This document shows, in pieces, positions 41,720-51,408 of a stretch of DNA of 64,000 bases. Below the pieces are notes generated by a model. That model searched no databases and was not told where the DNA came from. It saw only the letters and a program-made list of their open reading frames with translations. Position 1 is the first letter of the stretch. Each line of letters opens with the position of its first letter. Position numbers and translations under genes: made by a program. The DNA lies in sequence record DRR378314_409; one strand, given 5' to 3'.

Positions 41720-42745
41720 TTAGCTTTTTGTAACCTCGCTAAAGAGCTGCTTCCAGTTCTGCATCGCCCGGTCTTGCGTGTAGCCGGCTTCAAATGCAGT
41801 CTGTGCGTTGTTTTGGATCGCTGAATAGAGGGGTTTGTTTCTCAGGATTTGATTGAGATTATCCGCAAATGCAGGCACGTCATCAATGTTGCAAAGAAGG
41901 CCCGTCTCTCCGTGATCGATGAGGGCTTCTGGCCCCTCTGCCCGGGTGGCAACCATGGGTGTCCCTGATGCCCAGCTTTCCAGAATCACATTTCCAAACC
42001 CTTCCTGGCGGGAGGGAAAAACGGTGACATCAGCGGTCGACAACAAAGCTTCCTTATCCGTTCGCCACCCCAAAAACCGGACGCGTGCGCTAAGGTCCAG
42101 TTCCGCGACCAGGGCTTGTAGTTCGGTTTTCAGGGGACCGTCGCCGGCAATCCAAAGATAGGCATCCGGGACCTCAGTAAGGGCCTTGATTGCCGTATCA
42201 ATTCCCTTGATCGGGTGAAGCCGTCCCAACAGGAGGAGCAAGGGAGCATCTGCCGGGGTGTCAAATTCGGAGCGATCCAGTGGGGTGCTTTGATGATGTG
42301 TCAGAAAGTTTGGGATATGGTGAACCCGATCCGCTGGCCAGCCTTGCTGAATTATGTAGTCGCAAAGATGCTGTGTAACACCAACCAGATGGTCACATTT
42401 TTTGAAATATTTTAATTTGTAATAACCGCCAAGGCGGGCCAATTTCGGAAACGGACCCGATGGGGTCATGGAGGCAGCCCGGCTCATCCAGCTTAAGTAG
42501 ATATCCGGTTTGTATGATCTGGAAATTTGGGCCAGCCGCCGGGGAGTATTCAAATCCAATGCGCCCCCGAATTTCAGATGTTCAAATGAAACACCGGCTT
42601 TTTTCAGTTCTGCATCCCGCACAGGGTGGGATCTTGTCACCACATGCTGCTCAAGACCGGTGCGCTGAAAGGCTTGGGTCAGGTGAACAAAGAAATTTTC
42701 AGCACCGCCGTGACCAGCACCACCAATGGCCTGCATTAGTTTCAT
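41720..42745 (-). CDS. Glycosyltransferase (GT4 family)
   Basis: GGAE, GRL...KG, FLGW, PSRQEGFGNV.LE. Confidence 0.92.
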   Translation of the reverse strand: MKLMQAIGGAGHGGAENFFVHLTQAFQRTGLEQHVVTRSHPVRDAELKKAGVSFEHLKFGGALDLNTPRRLAQISRSYKPDIYLSWMSRAASMTPSGPFPKLARLGGYYKLKYFKKCDHLVGVTQHLCDYIIQQGWPADRVHHIPNFLTHHQSTPLDRSEFDTPADAPLLLLLGRLHPIKGIDTAIKALTEVPDAYLWIAGDGPLKTELQALVAELDLSARVRFLGWRTDKEALLSTADVTVFPSRQEGFGNVILESWASGTPMVATRAEGPEALIDHGETGLLCNIDDVPAFADNLNQILRNKPLYSAIQNNAQTAFEAGYTQDRAMQNWKQLFSEVTKS

Positions 42746-42792
42746 GAAGAACCTCTGTTTTCAGACCTTATAGGCGATGCATCACGAGATTG

Positions 42793-43995
42793 CTAGTCGA
42801 TCTCGCCCCCTTGGGCAATCCACCGGCCAATTGTAAGGCGTTCATCTTTTGTCATTTCAGTGATATTGCCAAGAGGCATCGCATCACTTTCCACAACCTG
42901 TTGGCGGATCCGATTAATTTCCCGCTTGATTTCAGCAAGGCTTTCCAGCTTGACGGCCTTGGGCGCAGTCTCAAAATCTTCGTTTGTTGGTTTGGCGGCA
43001 TGACAACTGACGCAGCGGGCCTCAATAATGGATTGAACTGCGGTGCCGGAGACGGTTGGCCCCTCGGACAAGTCAAGTTTTTCAGGCGCGGCCAGATAGG
43101 CAATGGCAAAGAAAACGACGCAGGCCAGCGGCAGTAAAAACGCACCCTGTTTGGCCCGGCCCTGATTTTTCATATTGAAAAAATGGCGCACCATGATGCC
43201 GACAATGGAAAGGCCCGCCAAAACCGCCCAACCATATTCATGCCCGAAAGTACCTGGGTAGTGGTTGCTGATCATGATGAACAGAACTGGCAAGGTAAAA
43301 TAGTTATTGTGCAGGGAGCGTTGCTTGGCTCTTAAACCGGGTGCGGGGTCAGGGGTTTCCCCTCGTTCTGCAGCGGCGACGAGTGCCCGTTGTCCCGGCA
43401 TAATAATCATCAGGACATTAGCCGCCATGATCGTGCCGATGAGCGCGCCGATATGAATGTAGGCCCCGCGACCACTAAAGACATGAGACAGTCCCCATGC
43501 GGCCAGGGTCAGCAGGATAAACAGGACCGCCCCGAAAATGGCCTGGTTGTTGATTAGCGGTGTTTTGCAAAGGAAATCATAGACAATCCAACCCCCAGCA
43601 AGAGTGCCCAGCCCGATCAGAATGGCCGCATCGGTTGAAATATCCGCAACAGATTTGTCGATCAGATAAATCTCGGCCCCGAAATAATAAAGCACCGCAA
43701 GAAGGGCAAAGCCGCTTATCCAGGTAAAGTAGGCTTCATATTTGAACCAATGTAAATGCGGTGGGAGTGCAGGCGGGGCAAGCCGGTATTTCTGTACCTC
43801 GTAAAATCCGCCGCCATGGATCGCCCAAAGTTCACCGCCGACACCATCCTGATCTTTTCGGCCTCCCTTTTCAGGTGGGGTCAGGTTCATATCCAGCCAA
43901 ACAAAGTAAAAGGAGGCGCCAATCCAGGCGATACCGGTAATAATGTGGATCCAGCGAATGCCTAGCTGAAGCCATTCCATAAAATCAAATGCCAT
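42793..43995 (-). CDS. puuD: Membrane urate hydroxylase with cytochrome c domain
   Basis: RWIHII.GIAWIG.SFYF, W..HGGGFY, HWFK.EAY.TW.SG, RS.HN.Y.TLP, ISNHY; C-terminal CVSCH and MP.GN.T.MT. Confidence 0.92.
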   Translation of the reverse strand: MAFDFMEWLQLGIRWIHIITGIAWIGASFYFVWLDMNLTPPEKGGRKDQDGVGGELWAIHGGGFYEVQKYRLAPPALPPHLHWFKYEAYFTWISGFALLAVLYYFGAEIYLIDKSVADISTDAAILIGLGTLAGGWIVYDFLCKTPLINNQAIFGAVLFILLTLAAWGLSHVFSGRGAYIHIGALIGTIMAANVLMIIMPGQRALVAAAERGETPDPAPGLRAKQRSLHNNYFTLPVLFIMISNHYPGTFGHEYGWAVLAGLSIVGIMVRHFFNMKNQGRAKQGAFLLPLACVVFFAIAYLAAPEKLDLSEGPTVSGTAVQSIIEARCVSCHAAKPTNEDFETAPKAVKLESLAEIKREINRIRQQVVESDAMPLGNITEMTKDERLTIGRWIAQGGEID

Positions 43996-44106
43996 AAGTC
44001 CATCCCACTTACATGTCGCAAAAGCCCCCGCTTTTGCGCCGCGCTCATCTGTGGACAGTGTCGCCAATTTTTTGGCTTCTGAAAAGCTTTATAATAATAT
44101 ATAAAC

Positions 44107-44125
44107 TATCAAAAATTATTTGATA
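44107..44125. promoter_or_regulatory. Palindrome between puuD and LysR (candidate operator)
   Basis: TATCAAA-AATTA-TTTGATA; spacing is not the canonical T-N11-A. Confidence 0.45.
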
Positions 44126-44131
44126 ATCGAC

Positions 44132-45049
44132 ATGACGAATTTAACAGATATGGCGGCTTTCGTTGCCGTTGTGGAACAAGGTAGTTTTTCACAGGCAGGG
44201 CGGGAATTGCGGGTTTCTACCGCCGTGATAAGTGCGCGCCTTGCCAAACTGGAAAAGGATCTTGGGGTCCGGTTACTGAACCGCACAACGCGGCAAGTCT
44301 CCCCGACCGAAGAAGCCATCCAGTATTATGAGGATTGCAAGAAAATACTGGCCCAGATTGACGCAGCCGAAGCGTCCTTGTCATCACGGCAGAAATTTCC
44401 AAGTGGCAGTTTGAAATTGTCCGCGCCGGTGGTGTTCGGTCGCCGATACATTGCGCCGCTAATAGCTGAATTTCAACAGTTATATCCTGATTTGCAGGTG
44501 CAGTTGCACCTGTCCGATAGTTTTGTTGATCCGGTGAAAGAAGGCTACGATCTGATCCTGCGCATTGCCAGATTATCGGATTCCTCCCTGGTTGCGCGAA
44601 AGCTGGCGGATAGTCCCCGCATTCTTTGTGCGTCGCCGGATTATTTGAAGGAGCGGGGCACGCCGAGGACGCTTGATGATCTGATGGAGCATAATTGCCT
44701 GCTGCTGCGTTTTCCCGGCTCCCTTCAGTTTCAGTGGGAATTTACCAATGCCAACGGGGATCGACAGACCGTGCCGGTTAAGGGGACATTGGATAGCAAT
44801 AACGGGGATGTCATCCGGCAATGGGCGCTAGCGGGATATGGGATCTGTCTAAAATCCCGGTGGGAGGTCGAGGCGGACTTGACGGCTGGTAAACTGGTCG
44901 AGCTCACCTTGGACACCGCGCCCAGTCCCGTGGATATTTTCGCGCTTTATCCGGTGGGGAAAATCAATCCGCCAAAAGTGCGCTTGCTGCTGGATTATCT
45001 GGTCAGCGCCTTTGCCCGCGACGTGCCGCGTTCCAAATCCTATCTATAG
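44132..45049 (+). CDS. LysR-family regulator divergent from puuD (alternative start 44120)
   Basis: F.AVVEQGSFS.AG, LE.DLGVRLLNRTTR. Confidence 0.93.
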   Translation: MTNLTDMAAFVAVVEQGSFSQAGRELRVSTAVISARLAKLEKDLGVRLLNRTTRQVSPTEEAIQYYEDCKKILAQIDAAEASLSSRQKFPSGSLKLSAPVVFGRRYIAPLIAEFQQLYPDLQVQLHLSDSFVDPVKEGYDLILRIARLSDSSLVARKLADSPRILCASPDYLKERGTPRTLDDLMEHNCLLLRFPGSLQFQWEFTNANGDRQTVPVKGTLDSNNGDVIRQWALAGYGICLKSRWEVEADLTAGKLVELTLDTAPSPVDIFALYPVGKINPPKVRLLLDYLVSAFARDVPRSKSYL

Positions 45050-45487
45050 GTTTAACCTATGACGACTGGCCGGGTTATAAAACATTCCTAGAGATAGGCT
45101 CTGTGCAATATTTTCCGCTTTTTGATAAATATAAGCCTGATCGTCTTCATCGAATAGCTCTGCCAGGGTCTCCTGAAAGAGTGATAGCCATTGCCCAAAA
45201 TTATCGGGCGCAACAGATTGTTTCAGGTTCATATGAGCCGCCATGGGATTGCCGCTATAAACACCGCTGGTATTTAGAACGGAGGACCAAAAGCGATACA
45301 TTTTCTGAAGATGGTGGGGCCAATTGTCCTGAATGGCATCATTAAAAATGGGACCAAGGTCTGGATGGGTGCGGATTTTATCATAAAACCCATCAACCAT
45401 CTGGACGATCATTTCGTTCGGAATGCGGACGGCGCGGGACTTCCGCTGCTCTTCAACTCGGTCTTGCATGTCTTTCACTCCATTCAC
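45044..45487 (-). CDS. Group III truncated hemoglobin (trHbP)
   Basis: VD.FY.KIR....LGPIF, W.HH...M..FW, Y.G.PM..H, F..WL.LF. Confidence 0.9.
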   Translation of the reverse strand: MNGVKDMQDRVEEQRKSRAVRIPNEMIVQMVDGFYDKIRTHPDLGPIFNDAIQDNWPHHLQKMYRFWSSVLNTSGVYSGNPMAAHMNLKQSVAPDNFGQWLSLFQETLAELFDEDDQAYIYQKAENIAQSLSLGMFYNPASRHRLNL

Positions 45488-45543
45488 CTCAGTTCAACAT
45501 AGACAGATAATGGGGTTCCGCCTATGTGACATATGGTCCCGGC

Positions 45544-46566
45544 TCAGGTGACGCCATGCAGTTGCAGATAAGAGTTAAGCTTGGCCATCAGGACAATTTT
45601 TTCATCTTCGTCGCAAAAGCTGGCTTCGATCCCGTTCCGGGCAAGGGTGCCGATCTGCTCTTTGGAGAGGTCAAGCGCCTCAGCGATCGCGCGGTAATTT
45701 TCGGTCATATATCCGCCGAAATAAGCTGGATCATCTGAATTAATCGTGGCTTTCAAACCAAGTTCCAGCATCTTTTTAAGTGGATGCTGTGTCATATCCG
45801 TGACCCCGGCGAGTTTGTAATTGGACAGCGGGCAAACGGTGAGGGCCATTTTATCTTTGACGAGCCGGGCGGTCAGTTTCGCGTCTTCCAGGCTCCGATT
45901 GCCATGATCAAGCCGATCCACCCGCAACAGGTCGAGCGCTTCGGTCACATATTCCGGGGGGCCTTCTTCACCGGCGTGGGCGACCAGAAGAAATCCTTCG
46001 TCTTTGGCACGGGCAAAGACATTCTGAAATTTGGATGGCGGATGGCCAAGCTCGGAACTGTCCAGTCCAACGCCGGCAATCCGGGTCTTGAAGCTTAGCG
46101 CGGTATCGAGGGTCCGCTCAGCAGAAAGTTCATCCAGGTGGCGAAGGAAGCACATAATGACTTTGCTGGTGATCCCGAAATTCTCTTTGGCTTCGCTTAA
46201 GGCGCGGGAAATGCCGTTAATCGCCGTTTCAAAGGAAACGCCCCGTTCCGTATGGCCCTGGGGATCAAAGAAGATTTCTGTATGCTGGACATTTTGCTCA
46301 TGCATTTTCGTCATGTAGGCCATGGTCAGGTCGAAGAAATCTTGTTCCGTTTGCAGGACACCCATTCCCTGATAATAAATATCCAGAAAATCCTGCAGTT
46401 CGGTGAATTGATAGGCGTCGCGAACGTCCTGAACCGAGGCGTAAGGCAGGTCGATCTTGTTGCGTTTCGCGAGTTCAAACATCAGTTCCGGCTCCAGACT
46501 GCCTTCAATGTGCATATGAAGTTCTGTTTTGGGTAAGCCTGCAATAAAGCTGTGCATATCTGTCAT
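45544..46566 (-). CDS. add: Adenosine/adenine deaminase
   Basis: PKTELHMHIEG, HAGEE, RLDHG, CPLSN, NSDDP. Confidence 0.9.
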   Translation of the reverse strand: MTDMHSFIAGLPKTELHMHIEGSLEPELMFELAKRNKIDLPYASVQDVRDAYQFTELQDFLDIYYQGMGVLQTEQDFFDLTMAYMTKMHEQNVQHTEIFFDPQGHTERGVSFETAINGISRALSEAKENFGITSKVIMCFLRHLDELSAERTLDTALSFKTRIAGVGLDSSELGHPPSKFQNVFARAKDEGFLLVAHAGEEGPPEYVTEALDLLRVDRLDHGNRSLEDAKLTARLVKDKMALTVCPLSNYKLAGVTDMTQHPLKKMLELGLKATINSDDPAYFGGYMTENYRAIAEALDLSKEQIGTLARNGIEASFCDEDEKIVLMAKLNSYLQLHGVT

Positions 46567-46590
46567 AGGTATCCTCCTCGCTTACTCCTA

Positions 46591-46632
46591 AAATAAAACC
46601 CCCGCCGGAAGCTTCAAGTCCAGCGGGGGTTT
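46591..46632 (-). terminator. Hairpin after BMP gene
   Basis: AAACCCCCGC...GCGGGGGTTT stem; TTTTATTT follows on the minus strand. Confidence 0.7.
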
Positions 46633-46649
46633 CTTTTGAACTTTAGCCG

Positions 46650-47729
46650 TTAGTTTGGCAGTTTGCCCTGGACGCCTTCAACGTACCAGTTCATGCCAAG
46701 CAGGGAGCCGTCATCAAGGGTTTCCCCTTCTTTAACCGCAATCGTGCCGTCCTGTTTCTTGATTGGACCTGCAAAAGGATGGATGGAGCCATCCATGATG
46801 CCATCACGGGTTTCCTCGGCCAGTTTGACCACATCAGCAGGAATGGCGTCATTGAATTTAGCCAATGCGACCATTCCGTCTTTCAGACCCGCCCATGTGT
46901 CCATGGATTTCCAGGATCCATCAAGCGCAGCTTTCGTCCGTTCTACATAGTAGATATCCCAGTTGTCGATAATGGCTGTCAACTGAGCTTTCGGCGCGAA
47001 ATGATTCATGTCAGAGGCCTGGCCAACACCCCAAACGCCACGGGCTTCAGCGACCTGAAGTGGAGCTGGGCTGTCTGTGTGTTGCAAAATGATGTCCGCG
47101 CCCTGGTCGATCAGGGCTTTGGCAGCATCGCCTTCTTTACCCGGATCATACCATGTGTTTACCCAAGCGATTTTGATCTCGACATCTGGATTAACACTAC
47201 GAGCGGCCAGAGCCGTTGCGTTAATGCCGCGAACCACTTCGGGAATTGGGAAGGAGCCAACATAACCGATGACGTTTGATTTGGTCATTTTACCGGCAAT
47301 TTTACCGACAACATAACGCCCTTCATAGAACCGGCCAGAATACGTGCTGACGTTATCAGAGCGTTTAAAGCCTGTTGCATGTTCAAATTTTACATTTGGA
47401 AATGCTTTGGCGACTTTCAGCGTCGGGTTCATGTAGCCAAAAGATGTGGTGAAGATGATTTTGTGGCCATCCGCAGCCATTTGGCGGATCACCCGTTCTG
47501 AATCAGGGCCTTCCTTAACGCTTTCAACGTAAGTTGTTTTGACCTTATCGCCGAGGGCTTTTTCAACGGCTTGACGGCCGATATCATGGCGGTAAGTCCA
47601 GCCGTGGTCACCCACTGGGCCCACATATACAAAGCCCACTTTGTCTTCAGCGGAAGCTGTGCCTGCCAGAAGGGCAGTACTGGCAACAGCCACAGCGCCG
47701 AATAGGGACGCGATTGTCTTTAATTTCAT
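46650..47729 (-). CDS. BMP-family purine/nucleoside ABC substrate-binding protein
   Basis: Signal peptide; VGPVGDHGWTY.H, TTSFGY, FPIPEV, QHTDS. Confidence 0.92.
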   Translation of the reverse strand: MKLKTIASLFGAVAVASTALLAGTASAEDKVGFVYVGPVGDHGWTYRHDIGRQAVEKALGDKVKTTYVESVKEGPDSERVIRQMAADGHKIIFTTSFGYMNPTLKVAKAFPNVKFEHATGFKRSDNVSTYSGRFYEGRYVVGKIAGKMTKSNVIGYVGSFPIPEVVRGINATALAARSVNPDVEIKIAWVNTWYDPGKEGDAAKALIDQGADIILQHTDSPAPLQVAEARGVWGVGQASDMNHFAPKAQLTAIIDNWDIYYVERTKAALDGSWKSMDTWAGLKDGMVALAKFNDAIPADVVKLAEETRDGIMDGSIHPFAGPIKKQDGTIAVKEGETLDDGSLLGMNWYVEGVQGKLPN

Positions 47730-47768
47730 AAAGTTTCTCCTCTGTCGTGTGATTATATTATGCCCTGA

Positions 47769-48695
47769 TTATGCCGCTGGATGGAAGATTTTTCCGATAC
47801 AGGCGGGGGCGTGTTTTCGAATTCGTGACTGATCCTTGGAAATCAGGACCAGAACAATAACGGTTGCCAGATATGGCAGCATGGACAGGATCTGTGACGG
47901 GAGTTCCAATCCGGCAGCCTGTGCATGCAATTGTAAAATGGTGATACCACCGAACATGTAAGCGCCGACCAGCACAAGTCCCGGTTTCCAAGTGGCGAAA
48001 ACGATCAGTGCCAAGGCGATCCAGCCGCGACCTGCTGTCATATTTTCTGCCCACATGGGGGTATAGGCCAAGGACAGATAAGCCCCGCCAATACCGGACA
48101 TGGCCCCACCGAACATCACAGCAAGATAGCGGATGCCGATCACTGAATAGCCGATGGAATGAGCCGCATCATGGGAATCGCCAACGGCCCGCAAGATCAG
48201 ACCTGCCTTGGTTTTATAAAGGAACCAACTAACGGCCATAACGGCGACGAAAGACAGGTAGACAAGGATATCCTGACCAAAAAGAATTGGGCCAATGATT
48301 GGAAGATCAGAAAGGCCACTGATATTCAGCTTGGCAAGGGCAGCAACCGGGGTTCCCACATAGTCCTGACCGATCAGCGCACTTAATCCCACCCCGAACA
48401 AGGTCAATGCCAGGCCAGTTGCAACCTGATTGGCCATGAGGCTGAGCGTTAAAACGCCAAACAGAAATGCCATAAACATTCCCGCCAGCGCTCCGGCGAG
48501 AATTGCAATGAAATAGCTTCCAGTAAGTGTGGCGGCGACAAAGGCGGATACGGCACCGACCAACATCATCCCTTCAACCCCCAAATTCAACACACCGGAT
48601 TTTTCGGTAATTAATTCCCCGATACTGGCAAAGACAAGCGGAGTTGCCGCCGTAATGACCGTCAAGATTACCGGAACCAGCCATTCGTAACTCAT
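47769..48695 (-). CDS. Nucleoside/purine ABC permease
   Basis: EKSGVLNLGVEG, GRGWIALA, LPYL. Confidence 0.92.
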   Translation of the reverse strand: MSYEWLVPVILTVITAATPLVFASIGELITEKSGVLNLGVEGMMLVGAVSAFVAATLTGSYFIAILAGALAGMFMAFLFGVLTLSLMANQVATGLALTLFGVGLSALIGQDYVGTPVAALAKLNISGLSDLPIIGPILFGQDILVYLSFVAVMAVSWFLYKTKAGLILRAVGDSHDAAHSIGYSVIGIRYLAVMFGGAMSGIGGAYLSLAYTPMWAENMTAGRGWIALALIVFATWKPGLVLVGAYMFGGITILQLHAQAAGLELPSQILSMLPYLATVIVLVLISKDQSRIRKHAPACIGKIFHPAA

Positions 48696-49768
48696 CCTGC
48701 TGCCCTCCCCAATGACTTAAACTCGAACCGATAATTGACCAATACATCGCAGGCCAGCAGATAGAAAAGGACCATTCCTTGAAAGACGCCGGTTACAGCA
48801 ACAGGAAGGCCCAGGTTGATTTGCGCCGTTTCACCGCCAAGATAGGTAAGTGCCATCAACAGACCGGCAAAAATAATGCCGACCGGATGCAGCCGACCCA
48901 GAAAAGCAACGATAATGGCTGTAAATCCATAACCCGGCGAAATGGAGGGAAGGAGCTGTCCAACAGGGCCGGAGACTTCAGTGACCCCGGCAATTCCCGC
49001 CATGGCGCCCCCAAACAGCAGGACAAACCAGATGATTTTCTTTTGACTGAAGCCTGCATATCCGCCGGCTTTTGGGGCGGCACCAATGACTTTGACCTGA
49101 AAACCGACGAGGGTTTTCCCCAGCATAAGCCAGGTGCCAAACACCGCCAGTAAAGCCAGGATAGAGCCAAAGTGAAGACGGGTGCCCTCCAGGATCAGCG
49201 GCATGGTGGCGCTTTCACTGAAAATTCGGGATTCCGGGAAGTTAAAGCCATCCGGATCTCGCCACGGGCCATGGATCAGGACACTGAGCAGTAAGGTGGC
49301 CACATAGACCAGCATCAGGCTGGTGAGGATTTCATTGGCGTTAAATTTGGTCTTGAGAAGCGCTGGGATACCCGCCCATAACGCACCGCCGATCGCGCCC
49401 ATAATAACCATGCCCGGTAGCAGGAATATGCTGTCGACATCATGCAGATAAACAAACAGGCCGCCGCCGAATATGGCGCCCAGGGTCAGTTGCCCTTCTG
49501 CACCGATATTCCACACATTCGCCCGAAACCCAACGGACAGGCCAATAGCACATAAAACGAGTGGCGTTGCCTTGACCAGTAGTTCTGATGCGCCATAGGC
49601 ATTGTTAATCGGTACAATGAAGAAATTTCGAAGCGCCTCCAGCGGATCAACGCCGAGCAGGGTAAAGACGACCATGCTGGTCAGGACGGTCAGCAGCAGC
49701 GCATAAACAGGTGTCAGATACACCATGGTACGGGATGGTTCTGGCCGTTTTACAATTCTAGGCAACAT
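48692..49768 (-). CDS. Nucleoside/purine ABC permease
   Basis: WNIGAEGQ, NEILTSLM, GYGF.AI.VA.LGR. Confidence 0.92.
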   Translation of the reverse strand: MLPRIVKRPEPSRTMVYLTPVYALLLTVLTSMVVFTLLGVDPLEALRNFFIVPINNAYGASELLVKATPLVLCAIGLSVGFRANVWNIGAEGQLTLGAIFGGGLFVYLHDVDSIFLLPGMVIMGAIGGALWAGIPALLKTKFNANEILTSLMLVYVATLLLSVLIHGPWRDPDGFNFPESRIFSESATMPLILEGTRLHFGSILALLAVFGTWLMLGKTLVGFQVKVIGAAPKAGGYAGFSQKKIIWFVLLFGGAMAGIAGVTEVSGPVGQLLPSISPGYGFTAIIVAFLGRLHPVGIIFAGLLMALTYLGGETAQINLGLPVAVTGVFQGMVLFYLLACDVLVNYRFEFKSLGRAAG

Positions 49769-51311
49769 GCTCAGTCCCCTCTGTTGATGAGGAACCGTGA
49801 GTTCCGCCCATGAGGAGACCGATTTCCTCAATCGTGATTTCCTGAATGTCACGGGCCACCGACAGGCGTCCGTCCGCGATCACAGCGATCCGATCGCTGA
49901 TGGCAAAAAGTTCGTCCAGATCCTGGCTGACGACCAGAACCGCAGCACCACTTTCGGACAGGTTGATAATGGCCTGATGAATTGCAGCGGCCGCTCCGGC
50001 ATCAACCCCCCATGTGGGATGGGCAATGATAATCAATTGAGGATCCTGCAGCATTTCACGGCCAACGATGAACTTTTGCAAGTTCCCGCCAGACAGGCTG
50101 CTGGCTGTATGGCTAACCCCAGCGGTTCGAACATCAAATTTTTCAACGATCTCTTCTGCAAAATTTGTTGTTTTTGCGGTGTCGATCAAGCCGTTGCTGA
50201 TCAGGTTTTTCTGGGAATAGGCGCTGAGAAACGCATTGTTGATCAGGCTCATATCCGGGACAGATCCATGCCCCAATCGATCTTCGGGAACAAAAGCAAT
50301 CCCAAGTTTGCGGCGCTCAACCGGGTTTAGCCGTCCAATAGCTGCGCCTTCCAGCACCAATTGGCTAGCATCGGTGCAGGGGACTTCGCCGCTTAACGCC
50401 TCCAGCAATTCTACCTGGCCATTTCCGGCAACACCCGCGATCCCAAGGACTTCACCGACCCGAACTTCAAAATTGATCAGGTTCAGATCAACACCGAACT
50501 GTTCCGGGCTTTCCAGCGATAGATTATGGACTTTCAGACGAACCGGACCCCGTTTAGGGTCTGTTTTTTGTTCAGGTGCCGTCAGATTGGTGCCGATCAT
50601 CATTTCGGCGAGGCTTTTGGCCGTTTCCTGGGTCGGATCACATTCAGCGACATATTTACCGCCGCGAAGGATCGTGGCCTTATGGCAGAGAGCTTTGATT
50701 TCATCCAGTTTATGGCTGATATAGAGGATAGAAACCCCTTCCTTGGACAGGCGGCGCAGGGTTTCAAACATCTTGTCGGCTTCCTGCGGGGTAAGCACCG
50801 ATGTCGGCTCATCCATGATCAGGAGTTTTGGGTTTTGTAGCAGACAGCGCACAATTTCGATCCGCTGCTTTTCCCCCACAGATAGAGTGTGGACAGAGCG
50901 GTTCGGATTGAGGGGTAGCCCGTAATTTTCAGAGACTTCAATAATTTGCCGTGCAAGGTCAGCCATATTCTGGCGCCCCGGCATGCCAAGGGCGATATTT
51001 TCCGTGACAGTCATTGCTTCAAACAGGGAGAAATGTTGGAAGATCATGCCGATCCCCAGTTTGCGCGCCGCCTGTGGATTAGCAATATCGACAAGCTGAC
51101 CATTCCAGTGAATGGTTCCACTATCCGCTTTGAGAACCCCATAAATCGACTTTACCAGTGTACTTTTTCCAGCCCCGTTTTCCCCAAGTAAGGCGTGGAT
51201 TTCCCCCGGTAAAATTTTCAGGTCGATATTATCATTTGCCAGAACCCCAGGGTATTGTTTGGTAATGCCCTTGAGTTCCAACCTTGGTTGAACCATCCCC
51301 GTTTCACTCAT
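49758..51311 (-). CDS. Nucleoside/purine ABC ATP-binding protein (double NBD)
   Basis: GENGAGKS, MDEPTSVL, LSGGNLQK, PTWGVD. Confidence 0.93.
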   Translation of the reverse strand: MSETGMVQPRLELKGITKQYPGVLANDNIDLKILPGEIHALLGENGAGKSTLVKSIYGVLKADSGTIHWNGQLVDIANPQAARKLGIGMIFQHFSLFEAMTVTENIALGMPGRQNMADLARQIIEVSENYGLPLNPNRSVHTLSVGEKQRIEIVRCLLQNPKLLIMDEPTSVLTPQEADKMFETLRRLSKEGVSILYISHKLDEIKALCHKATILRGGKYVAECDPTQETAKSLAEMMIGTNLTAPEQKTDPKRGPVRLKVHNLSLESPEQFGVDLNLINFEVRVGEVLGIAGVAGNGQVELLEALSGEVPCTDASQLVLEGAAIGRLNPVERRKLGIAFVPEDRLGHGSVPDMSLINNAFLSAYSQKNLISNGLIDTAKTTNFAEEIVEKFDVRTAGVSHTASSLSGGNLQKFIVGREMLQDPQLIIIAHPTWGVDAGAAAAIHQAIINLSESGAAVLVVSQDLDELFAISDRIAVIADGRLSVARDIQEITIEEIGLLMGGTHGSSSTEGTEHVA

Positions 51312-51408
51312 CCATCAACTCTCCCGACCGGATCTATTAGTTGCTAATCCGGCTGACTTATCCCTGTTTACGGTACGCCTGTTTCAATGGCACGTCTTTT
51401 CTTTTCGT

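Noticed and set aside
18084-45049. Convergent genes with abutting or overlapping stops (18086/18087, 20734/20735, 45044-45049)
   Set aside because: Common in compact genomes; nothing in the sequence indicates antisense regulation.
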